A DNA stretch of 19,731 nt from Ginkgo biloba (taxonomy: Eukaryota; Plantae; Ginkgophyta). The position numbers were made by a program, and so were the translations under genes. The DNA lies in the NCBI GenBank assembly GCA_024626585.2, contig JANKJI020000002.1, positions 69,334,795 through 69,354,525 of the forward strand, written 5' to 3'. Positions 1-12,120 of this stretch are shown piece after piece (positions within the stretch are counted from its first letter, which is position 1; every line of letters begins with the position of its first letter). The notes under the pieces were generated by a model that saw only the letters and a program-made list of their open reading frames with translations, did no database searches and was not told where the DNA came from.

Positions 1-891
1 GTAAATTTCCTTTAAAATATTTGTAAATTTACTTCAATTTTAATGAAAAATGTTATTTTATTTTCTAAATTTAGCATAAATCACTAGCAAAACATTTATT
101 TTAATGGAATGTTCACCTATAATGTATATATGACTTATTTTATATATAAAAATATTCACCAATTAATTATACTTATAGAAAATAATTCAATCCCAAAGAT
201 TTTCCCTAGCAATGCTTATGGTAATTGACGCATTAACATATTTAGTTTTAGGAAAAGACTCTTATTCAAAATTCCCTAGATAAGGGCATCCAAAGATAAT
301 ACTTATAGGACTACATATTTATACAATAACTTCAAACTAAAATCCCCAATAGCAAATTAAAAAAAAGAGTTGGTAAAATTAAATCCATACATTAGGAATT
401 TAATAAATAATAATTTAAAAAAAAACAAAAATTCATTACATTATGGGATTGTCATAACCCCACATAATACTTTAAAATAGTTTCAAAAAGATTATGTTTT
501 TTTATAATTGTAAGTTGTTTATAAATAGGAATAATAATTACACTTTTTCTAATCAAAAATATTTTTTTTAGCCATCACAACATGTATAATATTTCTAAGT
601 ATGCTATAAAATACAATATTGATACATTGAAAACTATGGCAAACAATAATACATTCATGAACATGAAAATTAAAAAATAAATCTTGAAATAATCCCACTA
701 TTATCTTCATTAATTAACTATAATTATGCTATCAACTTATACTATTAGATTCAATTGCATCTAATACATCATATATTAGTAGTTTAAGACACACTCTTCA
801 TAAAACTTAAGCATTACGAATAACTACAATAAGCATTGTTATATTTTACTTTTCATACTTCTCATGAAACATTTGAGATATAGTTCAAAGT

Positions 892-910
892 AAAAAAAAA
901 AAAAAAAAAA
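892..910 (+). repeat. A19 homopolymer
   Basis: Run of 19 A within very AT-rich sequence; no recognisable SINE/LINE body or TSD beside it. Confidence 0.85.
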
Positions 911-2346
911 TTATTCACTTCAATTCTCTCAATAACTATTTATGTTTTATATGTATTGAATTACCTTTTCCAAATGATTTCTATGAATATTTAAGCTTCA
1001 TCGTAAATTTAGTAATAAGGGTAGTAGTGCCAACTTTTAATTTGATATACACTCCCATTTATACCCTNNNNNNNNNNNNNNNNNNNNNNNNNNNNNNNNN
1101 NNNNNNNNNNNNNNNNNNNNNNNNNNNNNNNNNNNNNNNNNNNNNNNNNNNNNNNNNNNNNNNNNNNAGAAAAGGGGGAAAATCACCCCTAAAATAGTTT
1201 TTTTTAACTCTAGTTAAGTTTTTTAGCTTTACTCTAGTTTAGTCTTTTTTATTAGTTAGAGTCATGAATAAAAGAATGAGGTTGTGTCCCATGTATGCAT
1301 CTAAAATTTTCTCCCCTGAGTTATAAGCTTTAAGTGTTCCATACCTTGGGTCTTGAAACTAGAAGGGATCCTAAAATGAGTAGGTTTAATTTCCTGTTGC
1401 CTATTGGAGCCTATGTATAAAACTTGCTTCAACATATTCATTTATCAACATCCTTGTATCTTTAATATGATCCCTATAAATTCCTTCATAATGGATTAAG
1501 TACTTGTAGTAGTATCAAAGAAATAATTCAAGGTGTTGAAAATGGATTCAATTAAAGATAGAATAAGCCTAGGCAATCACCGTAGAAGGGTAAGAAAATA
1601 AATAAGATTTTCTTTATGAAAATAAAGAAAATATATAATAAAAGGATGAAATCAACCTTTTTTTCCTATTTTTATTTTATAATTAAAAAACTCAACCATA
1701 TAAAACAAAAAAAGGATGCCCCATTTTTNNNNNNNNNNAATTCTAGAAAAAAAACTCTCTATAAAACATTCCATGATAATTTTTTATCCTAAAGGTGTCT
1801 CATCTTATGAAACATTTAGAGTAGATGCAAATTATTAAAATATTCCCACAAGCATAACCCACTTTTGTTTTTTAAGGGAAAGATTCAAAGAAATAAATGT
1901 TTATTCGTCTAGCAAAAATGACTTGGTATGTAAAATTAGAAATTATGAAAACTTAAAATATAAATGATTAAATTCTCTTAGAGAGGATATTTAAAACTTC
2001 TTATTATAACTATATTATCACTTTAGATTCTACTTTTCACGACAACAACACAAGGTAAATAGAAGAAGTATGTACACTCTTCATCTAGAAATATCATAAT
2101 GATGGGAATGAATAACCAACCATAAATATTGCAATAAATACACTATGAATTCCAAAATAGAATGTTTATAAATTTCTTNNNNNNNNNNNNNNNNNNNNNN
2201 NNNNNNNNNNNNNNNNNNNNNNNNNNNNNNNNNNNNNNNNNNNNNNNNNNNNNNNNNNNNNNNNNNNNNNNNNNNNNNAACATTAAAATTTTCCACCCTA
2301 CTAATTGGAGGCATTAAGTTAGCTCTCCATCTTTAATTATTAATAA

Positions 2347-3315
2347 TGTTGGGCACTTATGGAATAATTCATGATGAAGAGTATATCAAGTTTAAATTAA
2401 ATGAGGTAAAATGTAATATATAGGGAATGATTCCTCTACAAACTTAACTTGTTATCCTAAACATGATGGGCAATGTCTTGAAGGAAGGATCCATTAGATT
2501 CATAAGATGTGTAACAGAAATTGGGAGATTATAGATGAATTTATGTAATTAGAGATCGCCTGTGACTCTCAAAATAGAATTTTGGGTAGGTTAGGAATAA
2601 TTATGCAATAATAGAACTATTCCATTCCCATTATGTAATTATATTTTTTGTAATCAGTAAAATGAGTCACTTAACTTTGTCTTTGTCCAAGTCTCTTCTT
2701 TTCTTGCCATCTCTCGATACGATTTCTTAACCTCTTGAGACTCTTCAACATTCAAACCCATTCATGAGTTGTCCTTCATTATTTTTCTTCCACTAAGATA
2801 GTAATTTTAGTCATAATAAAATAATGCCACCTATTTGTGTGTTATTGAGTGGCTAGCCACTCAATTGCACACAATTAAGTGTCTAGGTTATGTAATCATG
2901 CACAAATAAGAAACATCCATTAATTATGGTCAGAAAAAAAAATCAAAATTTAATTGGGTCAATTTTATGAGGTGTCTCCAACCTGATGGCTTGTAATTAG
3001 GATTGGACCAAACTAGAACCCTATAAATAGGGCCTAACTAGACCATCAAAGGGGAACTAGATAATGCAAACCTATGATTCCTAATGTAATTCATATTCAT
3101 CTACATCCTAATCTCTTACATTACTTATTGATATCATCTTATACTCCTTTCCTCATACCTTATATGCTTTCCCACCTTTTTAGGAGTTGAATCCCATCTG
3201 ATGTTAAGATCCCTTTATCCCATATAGGTACTAATCATTTCTCTACCTATCATTCTTAAGATTAGATTATCTTACCTTAATCATAGTCCTCACTCTTGGG
3301 AATTTAGGTCAAATA
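2347..3315 (+). mobile_element. Candidate LTR (~970 bp) of an LTR retrotransposon, degenerate
   Basis: Starts TGTTGGGC (2347) and ends GTCAAATA (3308-3315), a decayed version of the expected inverted end GCCCAACA (5/8 match, two C>T). Internal CTATAAATAG TATA box at 3021-3030, then a CT-rich R/U5-like tract. TGG at 3320, 4 nt after the end, sits where a PBS would be, but no tRNA could be assigned. No second LTR in the window, so boundaries are inferred. Confidence 0.4.
3021..3030 (+). promoter_or_regulatory. TATA box of the candidate LTR promoter
   Basis: CCCTATAAATAGGG, the usual plant LTR U3 TATA context. Confidence 0.45.
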
Positions 3316-4019
3316 AGGTTGGCAGTCAATCGAAGCTTACAGGAGGTGGGGAGGCTTGCCAAGAAGAGTAAAGTGTCTCTGTCTTCTTTAAATTTGGATA
3401 TGTGAATGTTATTGATTTCTTTTTCTTGGATTCTTCTCTACTTTATTTTATATCTGTAAGATAAAGAAAATTTCATTTAATTTCTAATTAGATCACCAAA
3501 ATGAGTTGGGTTAAAGAACTATAATTTTATCTTATTATTTCTAGTTAATATTGGAAATTTGGCATTCCTAATCGTACATGATGGTTATGGAATACTAAGT
3601 TCATTCAAATGTTTAGAATTCAGATCTAACTTCATCTATATATAAAATTTGAAGGTCGATTGGTTCCTTTTAGAACTCATGCTACATTTTTGTTTTTTTT
3701 TTTTCCCACCACCAATCTAAGATGCATGGGGTGCAAATCCCCTCTAATCCAAGGTGGGCGCCTCTCGATTGTTGGATTACGCACCTATTATTATGAAAGA
3801 ATTCTTTTTATACAAGAATTTAGGAAGTATATAAATCATTCATGAATAATTTTTCCACACACTCAATTAGGTCAAGCTTATTTCCTCACATGGAATATCT
3901 TAGAGATATAGTCCCCTTGTCATATCGAGATCTTTATGATCTCTTGAGGTCCCTCGAATAAGAATCCATATTTTATAATTTCTTTATTCTCATGAGGATA
4001 AGTGTTGCATCTTTCTTAT

Positions 4020-4890
4020 NNNNNNNNNNNNNNNNNNNNNNNNNNNNNNNNNNNNNNNNNNNNNNNNNNNNNNNNNNNNNNNNNNNNNNNNNNNNNNNNN
4101 NNNNNNNNNNNNNNNNNNNNNNNNNNNNNNNNNNNNNNNNNNNNNNNNNNNNNNNNNNNNNNNNNNNNNNNNNNNNNNNNNNNNNNNNNNNNNNNNNNNN
4201 NNNNNNNNNNNNNNNNNNNNNNNNNNNNNNNNNNNNNNNNNNNNNNNNNNNNNNNNNNNNNNNNNNNNNNNNNNNNNNNNNNNNNNNNNNNNNNNNNNNN
4301 NNNNNNNNNNNNNNNNNNNNNNNNNNNNNNNNNNNNNNNNNNNNNNNNNNNNNNNNNNNNNNNNNNNNNNNNNNNNNNNNNNNNNNNNNNNNNNNNNNNN
4401 NNNNNNNNNNNNNNNNNNNNNNNNNNNNNNNNNNNNNNNNNNNNNNNNNNNNNNNNNNNNNNNNNNNNNNNNNNNNNNNNNNNNNNNNNNNNNNNNNNNN
4501 NNNNNNNNNNNNNNNNNNNNNNNNNNNNNNNNNNNNNNNNNNNNNNNNNNNNNNNNNNNNNNNNNNNNNNNNNNNNNNNNNNNNNNNNNNNNNNNNNNNN
4601 NNNNNNNNNNNNNNNNNNNNNNNNNNNNNNNNNNNNNNNNNNNNNNNNNNNNNNNNNNNNNNNNNNNNNNNNNNNNNNNNNNNNNNNNNNNNNNNNNNNN
4701 NNNNNNNNNNNNNNNNNNNNNNNNNNNNNNNNNNNNNNNNNNNNNNNNNNNNNNNNNNNNNNNNNNNNNNNNNNNNNNNNNNNNNNNNNNNNNNNNNNNN
4801 NNNNNNNNNNNNNNNNNNNNNNNNNNNNNNNNNNNNNNNNNNNNNNNNNNNNNNNNNNNNNNNNNNNNNNNNNNNNNNNNNNNNNNNNNN
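4020..4890. other. Assembly gap (871 N), the largest of 13 gaps
   Basis: N run. The 100-N gaps are at 1068-1167, 2179-2278, 9056-9155, 10915-11014, 12121-12220 and 18329-18428, so distance and adjacency across them are uncertain. Confidence 0.98.
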
Positions 4891-4968
4891 TTTTCGATAT
4901 AATAAGACTACCCCTAGATACAAAATATTCTAATCCTTTATAAATCATTTACATTTTACTATATATCC

Positions 4969-7900
4969 TTACCACATGAGCATTGTGTTACTATTTATAA
5001 TTGCTTCTTGCTTCCCCTTATAGTTGGTTAGCATGCGTGCTCCTTGTCTCTACAACTCTCCTTGCCCATTGATAACCATTTTAGTAGTTGTCAATCACAA
5101 TGATCCCTACCCCCATCCTCCTTCATTTTTTGACATGTGCACTTACAAGACCTCCCAGGGAGGGAGATTTTTTCCTCTTGAAATGATGATCTTTAGGGAT
5201 GGATGAGGAGGTAGTAGTGTCTCCAATGGTAGTTCAGGAAAAATATTTTTCTATCTTCCCCCCCCAATTCCACTAACAGATATTTCATTATGGACTAAAA
5301 GAATTGGCTCAAGTACAATAGCTTCAATAAGATCCTGCCTAGGGGTAATGGTGACCCTAGTCTCAATCTAATCTATCAAGTGTCCCACAAAATGCAAGAG
5401 TTTCTCTATTAATTCTTGCTACATAAGAATTAGGGCCTCTTCTATCAAAGTAGGGTCAAGATGGGGTGTTGTTATTTGAGGAGACCCAAAAATATTATCC
5501 CTTCTTGAATGTCCAAGATCCACCTCATGTGGGAAAGAGTATGAGATAGGGACCTTTGGGTCAAGGCCCACATTATTGGTACCTACTCTTTCTATGTCAA
5601 TCCTGGATGGAATTATTACTTCCCTAGATAGGTCAAAAACCATAATTTCCAAGGATTGGAGTGGAATCAAGGGAGCTTAACCTTTGTTTAGTTCTGGTCT
5701 TACTAATGATGGTCCATGGGTGATCGCTCATACTAATAAATAAGGCATGATGAGGGAAGGTTGGTATAGTATCATATATATCCCTGCTCTCTTCTTAGAT
5801 AAGAGAACTAATGTTTTCTAGGCTTGTTGCATCTCATGTGTTAGGAAAATCAATGCAATAGCTTATTGAGAGAGTTCATAAATATCCTTCCCCTCATATT
5901 TGGTGAATTGTAAGGTATAGTCTATAAATTTTTTAGCTTTTCTTATTAATCCATTTACTTGTTGTGTTAGTTGAGTTGACCTCATCTTCCTTTAAAAAGT
6001 GGTCTCTTTTTTCATGAAAACCATTTAATCAAATGATATCAAATCCTCGTACAGATAGAATAAATTAGTCTCTTTACTTTATCATTAGATGGGGTCTATA
6101 ACCTTTGCAAGTTCCTTGTACCCTTCATCTAGCAATATCCTCTTAGTGACCAGTTATGTATGTAATGTTGCTAACTTGGACAATTGGTTTTTCATGGAAT
6201 GACTTATGTTCAATAGACTGTTGATCTCCTTCTAAATTTGTTCCTTCTTTACGAAGATACTCTTCCTTTATTAGATCAATTTCCTCTTGGCAGCATCCAC
6301 ATACTAGGTCAGGATCATCCTTAATTTGTGAATTGGTGATATCCTAGTCCTTTTGCTTAATTTCCTCTTAAAGACTTTTTATGTTATCTTCTTTGCCTTA
6401 TAATTATCCTTCTAAGATGCCATATCTGAGCTAAAGTATGGCATGATTACTTTTTAACTCAGATATTTTATCCTCTTTCATGGATGAGGCTAGAGGGGTT
6501 TCCTTTAGGAATTTGGATTTTTGTCTTAACAAATACACATAGGGCTTGATATCCACTAGGGATTCCATGGTTATTTCTAATTCACCCTCTGTAGGCTAGA
6601 TGTCTAATTTAGCAATCTCTTATATTAACATAGAGATTTTATCACTTGATTGTGTTTTTTATTTTTGTGCTTTGTCATCTTGAATAATTAGCTCAAATTC
6701 TAATTCATTAATTTTGGTAGTTAGTTTTTAGGTTGTGCCAAAACTTATCTAACCAACCAACATGGTGGTTAGATCATTGTCTATGATTTGTATAGAGGGA
6801 TTGAACCTCCATTTTATCTTTTCTCTAATTCTCTTAAGGGTAGGAGAAGGTATAATGTCTTTAGGCACTTCTTGTGCTTGCTCTATCCTTAGAATATTTT
6901 GTCCCTAGTGGGAAAATGGTATGTCCTGGGCCAATGACTATGAAAAGGTAGGGGGGAGAGATGTCAATGGATGGATAGAAGGAGGTATTATTTCCACCAC
7001 TACTATCAAAATTCTAGGAGAATTCAATATATCTCTATCATGATCTCCACATCCCCTTGCTTCCATTATTTATTGGTGGGTGTGCCAATCTATAATGGTC
7101 CCTACATCTGTAGTATTTGGAGCTATCTCCTAAGATTGTTAACCTATATCCTTTACTTCAACTTAGTCCTTTACTATTTTAGAATGAACTTGAACCATGG
7201 GTTTTGATTTTAGGTGTTTAGAAGAGGTATTTTGGTTAATATTAGCCTTCCCTTTTAAGGATGAATCTAGTTTTTATATTTCAAGGAACATGATTATAGG
7301 AAAATTTGGTAGAGACTACGGTAGTCCATAAGGTTCTTAAGATAAGGATGCTATATTGTTTATCTAATAATAATATTGGGCACGAAGTGAGACAAAAGGG
7401 TGATCATTACCAACTCCCTTTGTGGCATTAAATTATTGTTGACCCAATACTTATTTTTAAATTTCCAAATAGTGCTTTGGATTACACTGATATGATCCCA
7501 AGGTTGAATAAGATTCTTATATTTAGGTACACTAATTAGAGAATCATATATATTCTCGTCATCTTCTATCTAACTTACCTCCTTCCACTACTTCTTGACA
7601 TATTTGGGAAGTCTGTTACCTCTATTTAGACCATCATTCAGATGACATAGGGCTGTGTAAAAATTTCCCAAATACTTAAAGGATTCATGATATTTCTCAT
7701 AATTCTTTCATATATGCATCCTTGAGTATAAATTCAATATTCGTTAAGAGATAGGGTTTACCCAATTAGAAGGTCTTAGTTCTTCCACATAAATAGGTAC
7801 CACTATAGAGGGCATAAGGAAAGATCATCATGTTGTCTATGAATATATACAATGGTCTTTGAGACTCTCAGCTAACCATAGGGCCTAAGTGTAGACTATT

Positions 7901-8620
7901 ATCACTACAAATTTGAGTGCTATAGATATTAATTGGTGGATTAAATAAGTGTTGGCCTCTAATTAGATTGATATTCTATCTAAAATCCTAGAATCCCAAT
8001 TACCTTCTTCATGGGTCATTATATTTATAATGAAGTTGTTAGACCTTTTTGAAACTTGTATTCCTTCTCAAACTTGGTAGAGCCTTTATATAATAAAATC
8101 CCTCTCTACTCACCTAGATTTCTCTTTGCGATTAATTTCATATCCCTACATGGGAAATCTTATTATTTGATTAATTAAAGGTCCATAAATGAGGATAACC
8201 TTATCAAAGAACCATAATTCCCCATTATTAAATTAACAAATCATTTACACTATAATGGGATATGATAGATATAACACTAGAGCCTATGAATATGCTAATT
8301 ACCTAGACCTTTCCAAGAATAGATACCCATGGATTTATTTTCCTCTGTCATCCATTATAGCAAACCTCTCTCATTCCTAAGAATATATTCCTAAATAATC
8401 TTCACTCTCCTTCTTAATCTAGAATGACCATGATGTCATATCTTGTAATAAAAAATAGATTCAAAAAAGTAAATTCTTTAGAGTCAATGGCTCTTCTGGG
8501 TATAAATGTGCTTCTAATGCCTTCCCAAATAAATATTTCATAGACTATAATTTTTTTATCATAAAATACTAAGGTCTCTATGTTACATATTAGCTATGGT
8601 GATGTTGTGACTTATTTCAT
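4969..8620 (-). pseudogene. Copy 1 (most complete) of a ~1,200-codon retrotransposon accessory-type ORF relic: PMD/Transposase_32-like N-terminus, coiled coil, Pro-rich tail
   Basis: Hand translation from the ATG at 8620: MK*VTTSP*LICNIETLVFYDKKIIVYEIFIWEGIRSTFIPRRAIDSKEFTFLNL...LQDMTSWSF*IKKESEDYLGIYS*E*ERFAIMDDRG...ELWFFDKVILIYGPLINQIIRFPM*GYEI..., running through the 5419-5670 track ORF to PELPLETLLPPHPSLKIIISRGKNLPPWEVL. Many stops and frameshifts. Colinear homology to copies 2 and 3 is directly visible. The family assignment rests on motif resemblance only, and the 3' end is approximate. Confidence 0.75.
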
Positions 8621-9155
8621 ATAGGGTGATATAAATATGAATATATAGAGGTGATAGAAGGTGAGATCAAGGAATTTAAAGACATTAACCCTTAACTCCC
8701 TTCAGAACAAATGAAAATAAAATATTTTCATGTGTTTGGGAATGATTGGCTAACAATTTTCCTATTATTACTCTAAAAGTATTCCATGAATGCTCTAAGT
8801 CACTTTTTAAGGTATGTAGTTAATACCCATCACAATATTTCTTGAATATGCTCTAGTCACTCATGGTCCTAGTTCTTAGTGAGATCCCTTGATAATATAG
8901 GGAGAAAGAAAGCCTTTAGCGAGGGGAGAAACCTTCTTGGGATATTACCAATCCCAAGTAGTCACGAGGCTCCATGGCTAGGTCAAGGAGAAAATACCTT
9001 CTTAGGGAAGGTCATGTCTTGAAAAAATAAGTCACTTCCTACCTTTTTATCTTATNNNNNNNNNNNNNNNNNNNNNNNNNNNNNNNNNNNNNNNNNNNNN
9101 NNNNNNNNNNNNNNNNNNNNNNNNNNNNNNNNNNNNNNNNNNNNNNNNNNNNNNN

Positions 9156-10488
9156 AATTGGCCCCAGTGGGAAAGCGGTATGTCCTAAACTAATGGATAC
9201 AAATAGGTTGGGGGGTGGGATATCAATGGATTGATAGAAGGAGGAATTATTAATACCACCCCCATTCAAATACCATGTGGATTGAACATATCTTAGTCAA
9301 ACTCTCCTCATCCTTCTACTTTCTATATTTGATGGTGGGTGTGCGAGTCTCTACTGGTCTCTACGTTTATAGTCCTCGAAAGAGCCTCTTAAGATTGTTC
9401 ACATGTCTCCTCTACTTTAACCTAGTCCTTCATTATCAAATAATGACCCTAAACCAAATATTTTAGTTTTGGGTGTCTGAAAGAGGACTTTCAATTAAGC
9501 TACCCTTCCCTTTTGAGGATTCGTCTAACTTTTATGCTTCAGGGAATATGATTATAGGCAAACTCAATAGAGACTGGGGAATTCCATAAGGTTCCTGAAT
9601 AAATGATTCCATATTGTTTATCCAATAATGATATTGGGAACTAGGTGAGACAAAAGGTTATTCAATTACCAATTCCCTTTGGGGCATTAAATCTCTATTG
9701 GACTAGTACTTCTCTTTGAATTTCTAGATAGTGCTTTGGATCATGCTGATGTGATCCTAGGGTTGGATAGACTTCTTATCTTCAGGAAAGTTGATAAGAG
9801 AATCATAGGTCATATTATCATCCTCTATTTACATAATATCCCTCCACTACTTCTTGACATATTTGGGGAGTTTATTACCCCTATTTGGACCATCATATAG
9901 ATGGCACAGGGCTATGTAAAAATTCCCCAAGTACTTAAAGGCTTCATGGTCTTTCTCATCTTTCTTTTTTATTTGCAACCTTGAGTGTAAATCTAGTCTT
10001 TGCTAAGTGATAGGGTTGACCTAATTGGGAGGTCCTAGTGCTTCCATACAAAATATCACCACTACAAAGGGCATAGGGAAAGGACAGCATATCATCTATG
10101 AATACATGCAATGGTCTTTGGGCCTCTTGGCTAACCACAGGGCCTACACATAGACTATTCCTATTGAAACTCTTAGTGTTATAGTTTTCCATTGGTTACT
10201 TAAATAAGTGTTAGCCTCTAAGTGGATTAATATTTTAGCTAGAATTTTGGCAGCCCACTTAGCTCCTTTATGGGACATTCTATTTATAATGAAGTCATTA
10301 GATCTTCTATAAACTTATTTTACCTCACAACCTTAGTAGAGCCTTTGGATAATGGCATCCCTCTCTACCTATATATATTCTTCTTTTGAATCAATTTCAT
10401 ATCCTTTTAGGGGCAATCTTGTGATTTGATTAATTAAAGGTTCATCAATAGGGATGACTCTCTCAAGGAACCAAAATTCCCTATGACT
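9156..10488 (-). pseudogene. Copy 2 (internal 1.33 kb fragment) of the same ORF relic
   Basis: Colinear with copy 1 at ~6897-8228 (48/60 identical in one hand-aligned block, 7321-7380 vs ~9578-9637). Translates EFWFLERVIPIDEPLINQITRLPLKGYEIDSKEEYI*VERDAIIQRLY*G...MSHKGAKWAAKILAKILIHLEANTYLSNQWKTITLRVSIGIVYV*ALWLAKRPKDHCMYS*MICCPFPMP. Bounded by a gap on the left and an insertion on the right. Confidence 0.8.
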
Positions 10489-10914
10489 TGAGGACATGGA
10501 AAAATTTAAGTAATCAAGAATAGAACTTGAGGACACAAAAAATTTTGAGGAGACAAACGCACGCAAATGGCAGGAACACAAGAATGTAAGATCACGGCCG
10601 TAAGAAGGTGCACAGGATGCAACAAGGTCCCAATTCAGGACACATAGGATGCAACAGCTCAAGGAGGAGCTTAGAGCCCACATGCATGATAGATTCATTT
10701 GAGGCAGGGGTATCCCCCTTGCTCAGACCAAGAGGCCCTAATTTTCAAACATCCACACACAATAGTGAACACAGACAAAATGCTAATGAAGTCCAAGGAT
10801 GTGTTTGGGATGGTGAGTCCCTATCTCAAAAGCTTCAAAGGAAACAGGAATCGATGGGAACACCTAAGAACAAATGAAGAACAATCATTTAATTAGTGAG
10901 AGATTTTTTCTTGT
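10489..10914. mobile_element. LTR-like insertion beginning TGAGGACA, younger than its host; runs into a gap
   Basis: Homology of copy 2 to copies 1 and 3 stops at 10488, right before TGAGGACATGGAAAAATTT. A second TGAGGACACAAAAAATTTT starts at 10528. Downstream sequence is more GC-rich and keeps CpGs (ACGCACGC, CACGGCCG). The other end and the TSD are not visible. Confidence 0.55.
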
Positions 10915-11014
10915 NNNNNNNNNNNNNNNNNNNNNNNNNNNNNNNNNNNNNNNNNNNNNNNNNNNNNNNNNNNNNNNNNNNNNNNNNNNNNNNNNNNNNN
11001 NNNNNNNNNNNNNN

Positions 11015-11260
11015 AAATTAATGTCACTATTCGGGAATATGTAGCCATATTCACCACCAAATGTTTGATTTCACCAATAAAAAAATTATTTTTTAAGTCC
11101 ATCCCCCTTACATATTAATTATTACAAATGAATTAGATCCCCAAATCCTCCATGACATCACAATGCATGATATTATGTGTCATTCCTGTGTCGACAATAT
11201 AATTTTAGAGTATGAAATTATATATCTTTAGGGATATATAAATGGGAGGGATTTGGACTC
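11015..11260 (-). pseudogene. Retrotransposon aspartic protease domain relic
   Basis: QIPPIYISLKIYNFIL*NYIVDTGMTHNIMHCDVMEDLGI*..., then after a frameshift MDLKNNFFIGEIKHLVVNMATYS. Catalytic D-T-G at 11184-11192 in the plant gypsy context PPxYxSL...D(S/T)GxxHNxM..VMxxLG. Confidence 0.85.
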
Positions 11261-12120
11261 TTTGACCAAGAACTTTAGCCTCGGTATCTTCTTCCTCCAC
11301 CATGGCATTGAGTTATGTTTTCTCTATTTATAAAACTTCCATCATACGTTCTTTCTATCATGGTAATTTCATTGCTTAGTATAAGCTCATCCCTATTGAG
11401 TACCTTCATAAGTCCTTAAAGATATAATATTATAAGAAAGATAAATATTTATCATAAGATAAATTCATCTTAGGAGGTGGATTGAGATTCAAAATTACCC
11501 TTTGAGTTTCATTTTCCTTTTGATGAAAATATTTTTAGAAAGGTTTATGACTAGGAGATCCTTGAGCTTGAGCATTTTTGCCTTTGTCTCTAGTAACTTG
11601 AGACCTGGTTTTGACAACTATTTATTCTTAAATTAGGTCCAATTCTTCTCCATAATATACTATCATGCGGAGGCCTACTATAAATTCACCAAATTTGGGT
11701 TCCTATTGGATTGATCATTTAAATCTAATATATTTCTCATTGATAGACAAATAATTATAATCTTCATAAGTCACTTCGTGGTTAGAGGTAGAGGGTTCCT
11801 CCTTGGTTATTTGTAGTTGAGTGAAATTCTTATTGCTTTGTTCCTTGGCTTTCCTTTTCAAATTTGTGATTTCATTTCCCATCCTTCTAAGGAGTTTTGA
11901 ATTTGATGCATTCTATCATTATTCTCTTCTTTAGGAGTAGTAACATTGACGGGTCTAACTTTATCAACCTTTATCAATCACTCTTTAATGGATATAGTTG
12001 TTGTATTCATAACTATCAAGTCAACAAGTATATTATATTTGACTATATACCTCATATCCAAATCCAACCCCTCCAAGAACCACTCCTTCTGCACGTTAGT
12101 TGTACAATGAGAATTTTGTG
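11015..12120 (-). mobile_element. Ty3/gypsy retrotransposon gag-protease fragment, degenerate (non-chromovirus Tat/Athila-like, gymnosperm-type)
   Basis: Minus strand, in order: gag C-terminal QKEWFLEGLDLDMRYIVKYNILVDLIVMNTTTISIKE (~12090-11980), GNEITNLKRKAKEQ, linker VVKTRSQVTRDKGK (~11620-11580), then the aspartic protease. Flanked by 100-N gaps; no RT, RNase H or integrase visible. Confidence 0.75.

Noticed and set aside
1-2346. AT-rich left end as a regulatory region or specific repeat
   Set aside because: No coding relic, terminal repeat or periodicity that I can support; broken by three gaps.
3660-4019. Possible coding relic downstream of the candidate LTR
   Set aside because: The frames I translated have frequent stops or no recognisable motif, and there is no second copy to test against.
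3973-4948. Four 310-316 aa ORFs in the track
   Set aside because: They consist almost entirely of X from the 871-N gap. The other X-containing ORFs are likewise joined across gaps.
9156-10488. Copy 2 as an allelic haplotig or assembly duplicate of copy 1
   Set aside because: About 20% or more divergence with many amino-acid differences is far beyond allelic variation.
10369-10698. 109-aa minus-strand ORF as a real gene
   Set aside because: It is a chimera: its C-terminal part (EFWFLERVIPIDEPLINQ...) is copy 2 and its N-terminal part is the insertion.
10608-10896. Plus-strand ORFs of 89 and 65 aa
   Set aside because: No recognisable motif; they lie in the GC-richer LTR-like insertion, where chance ORFs are longer.
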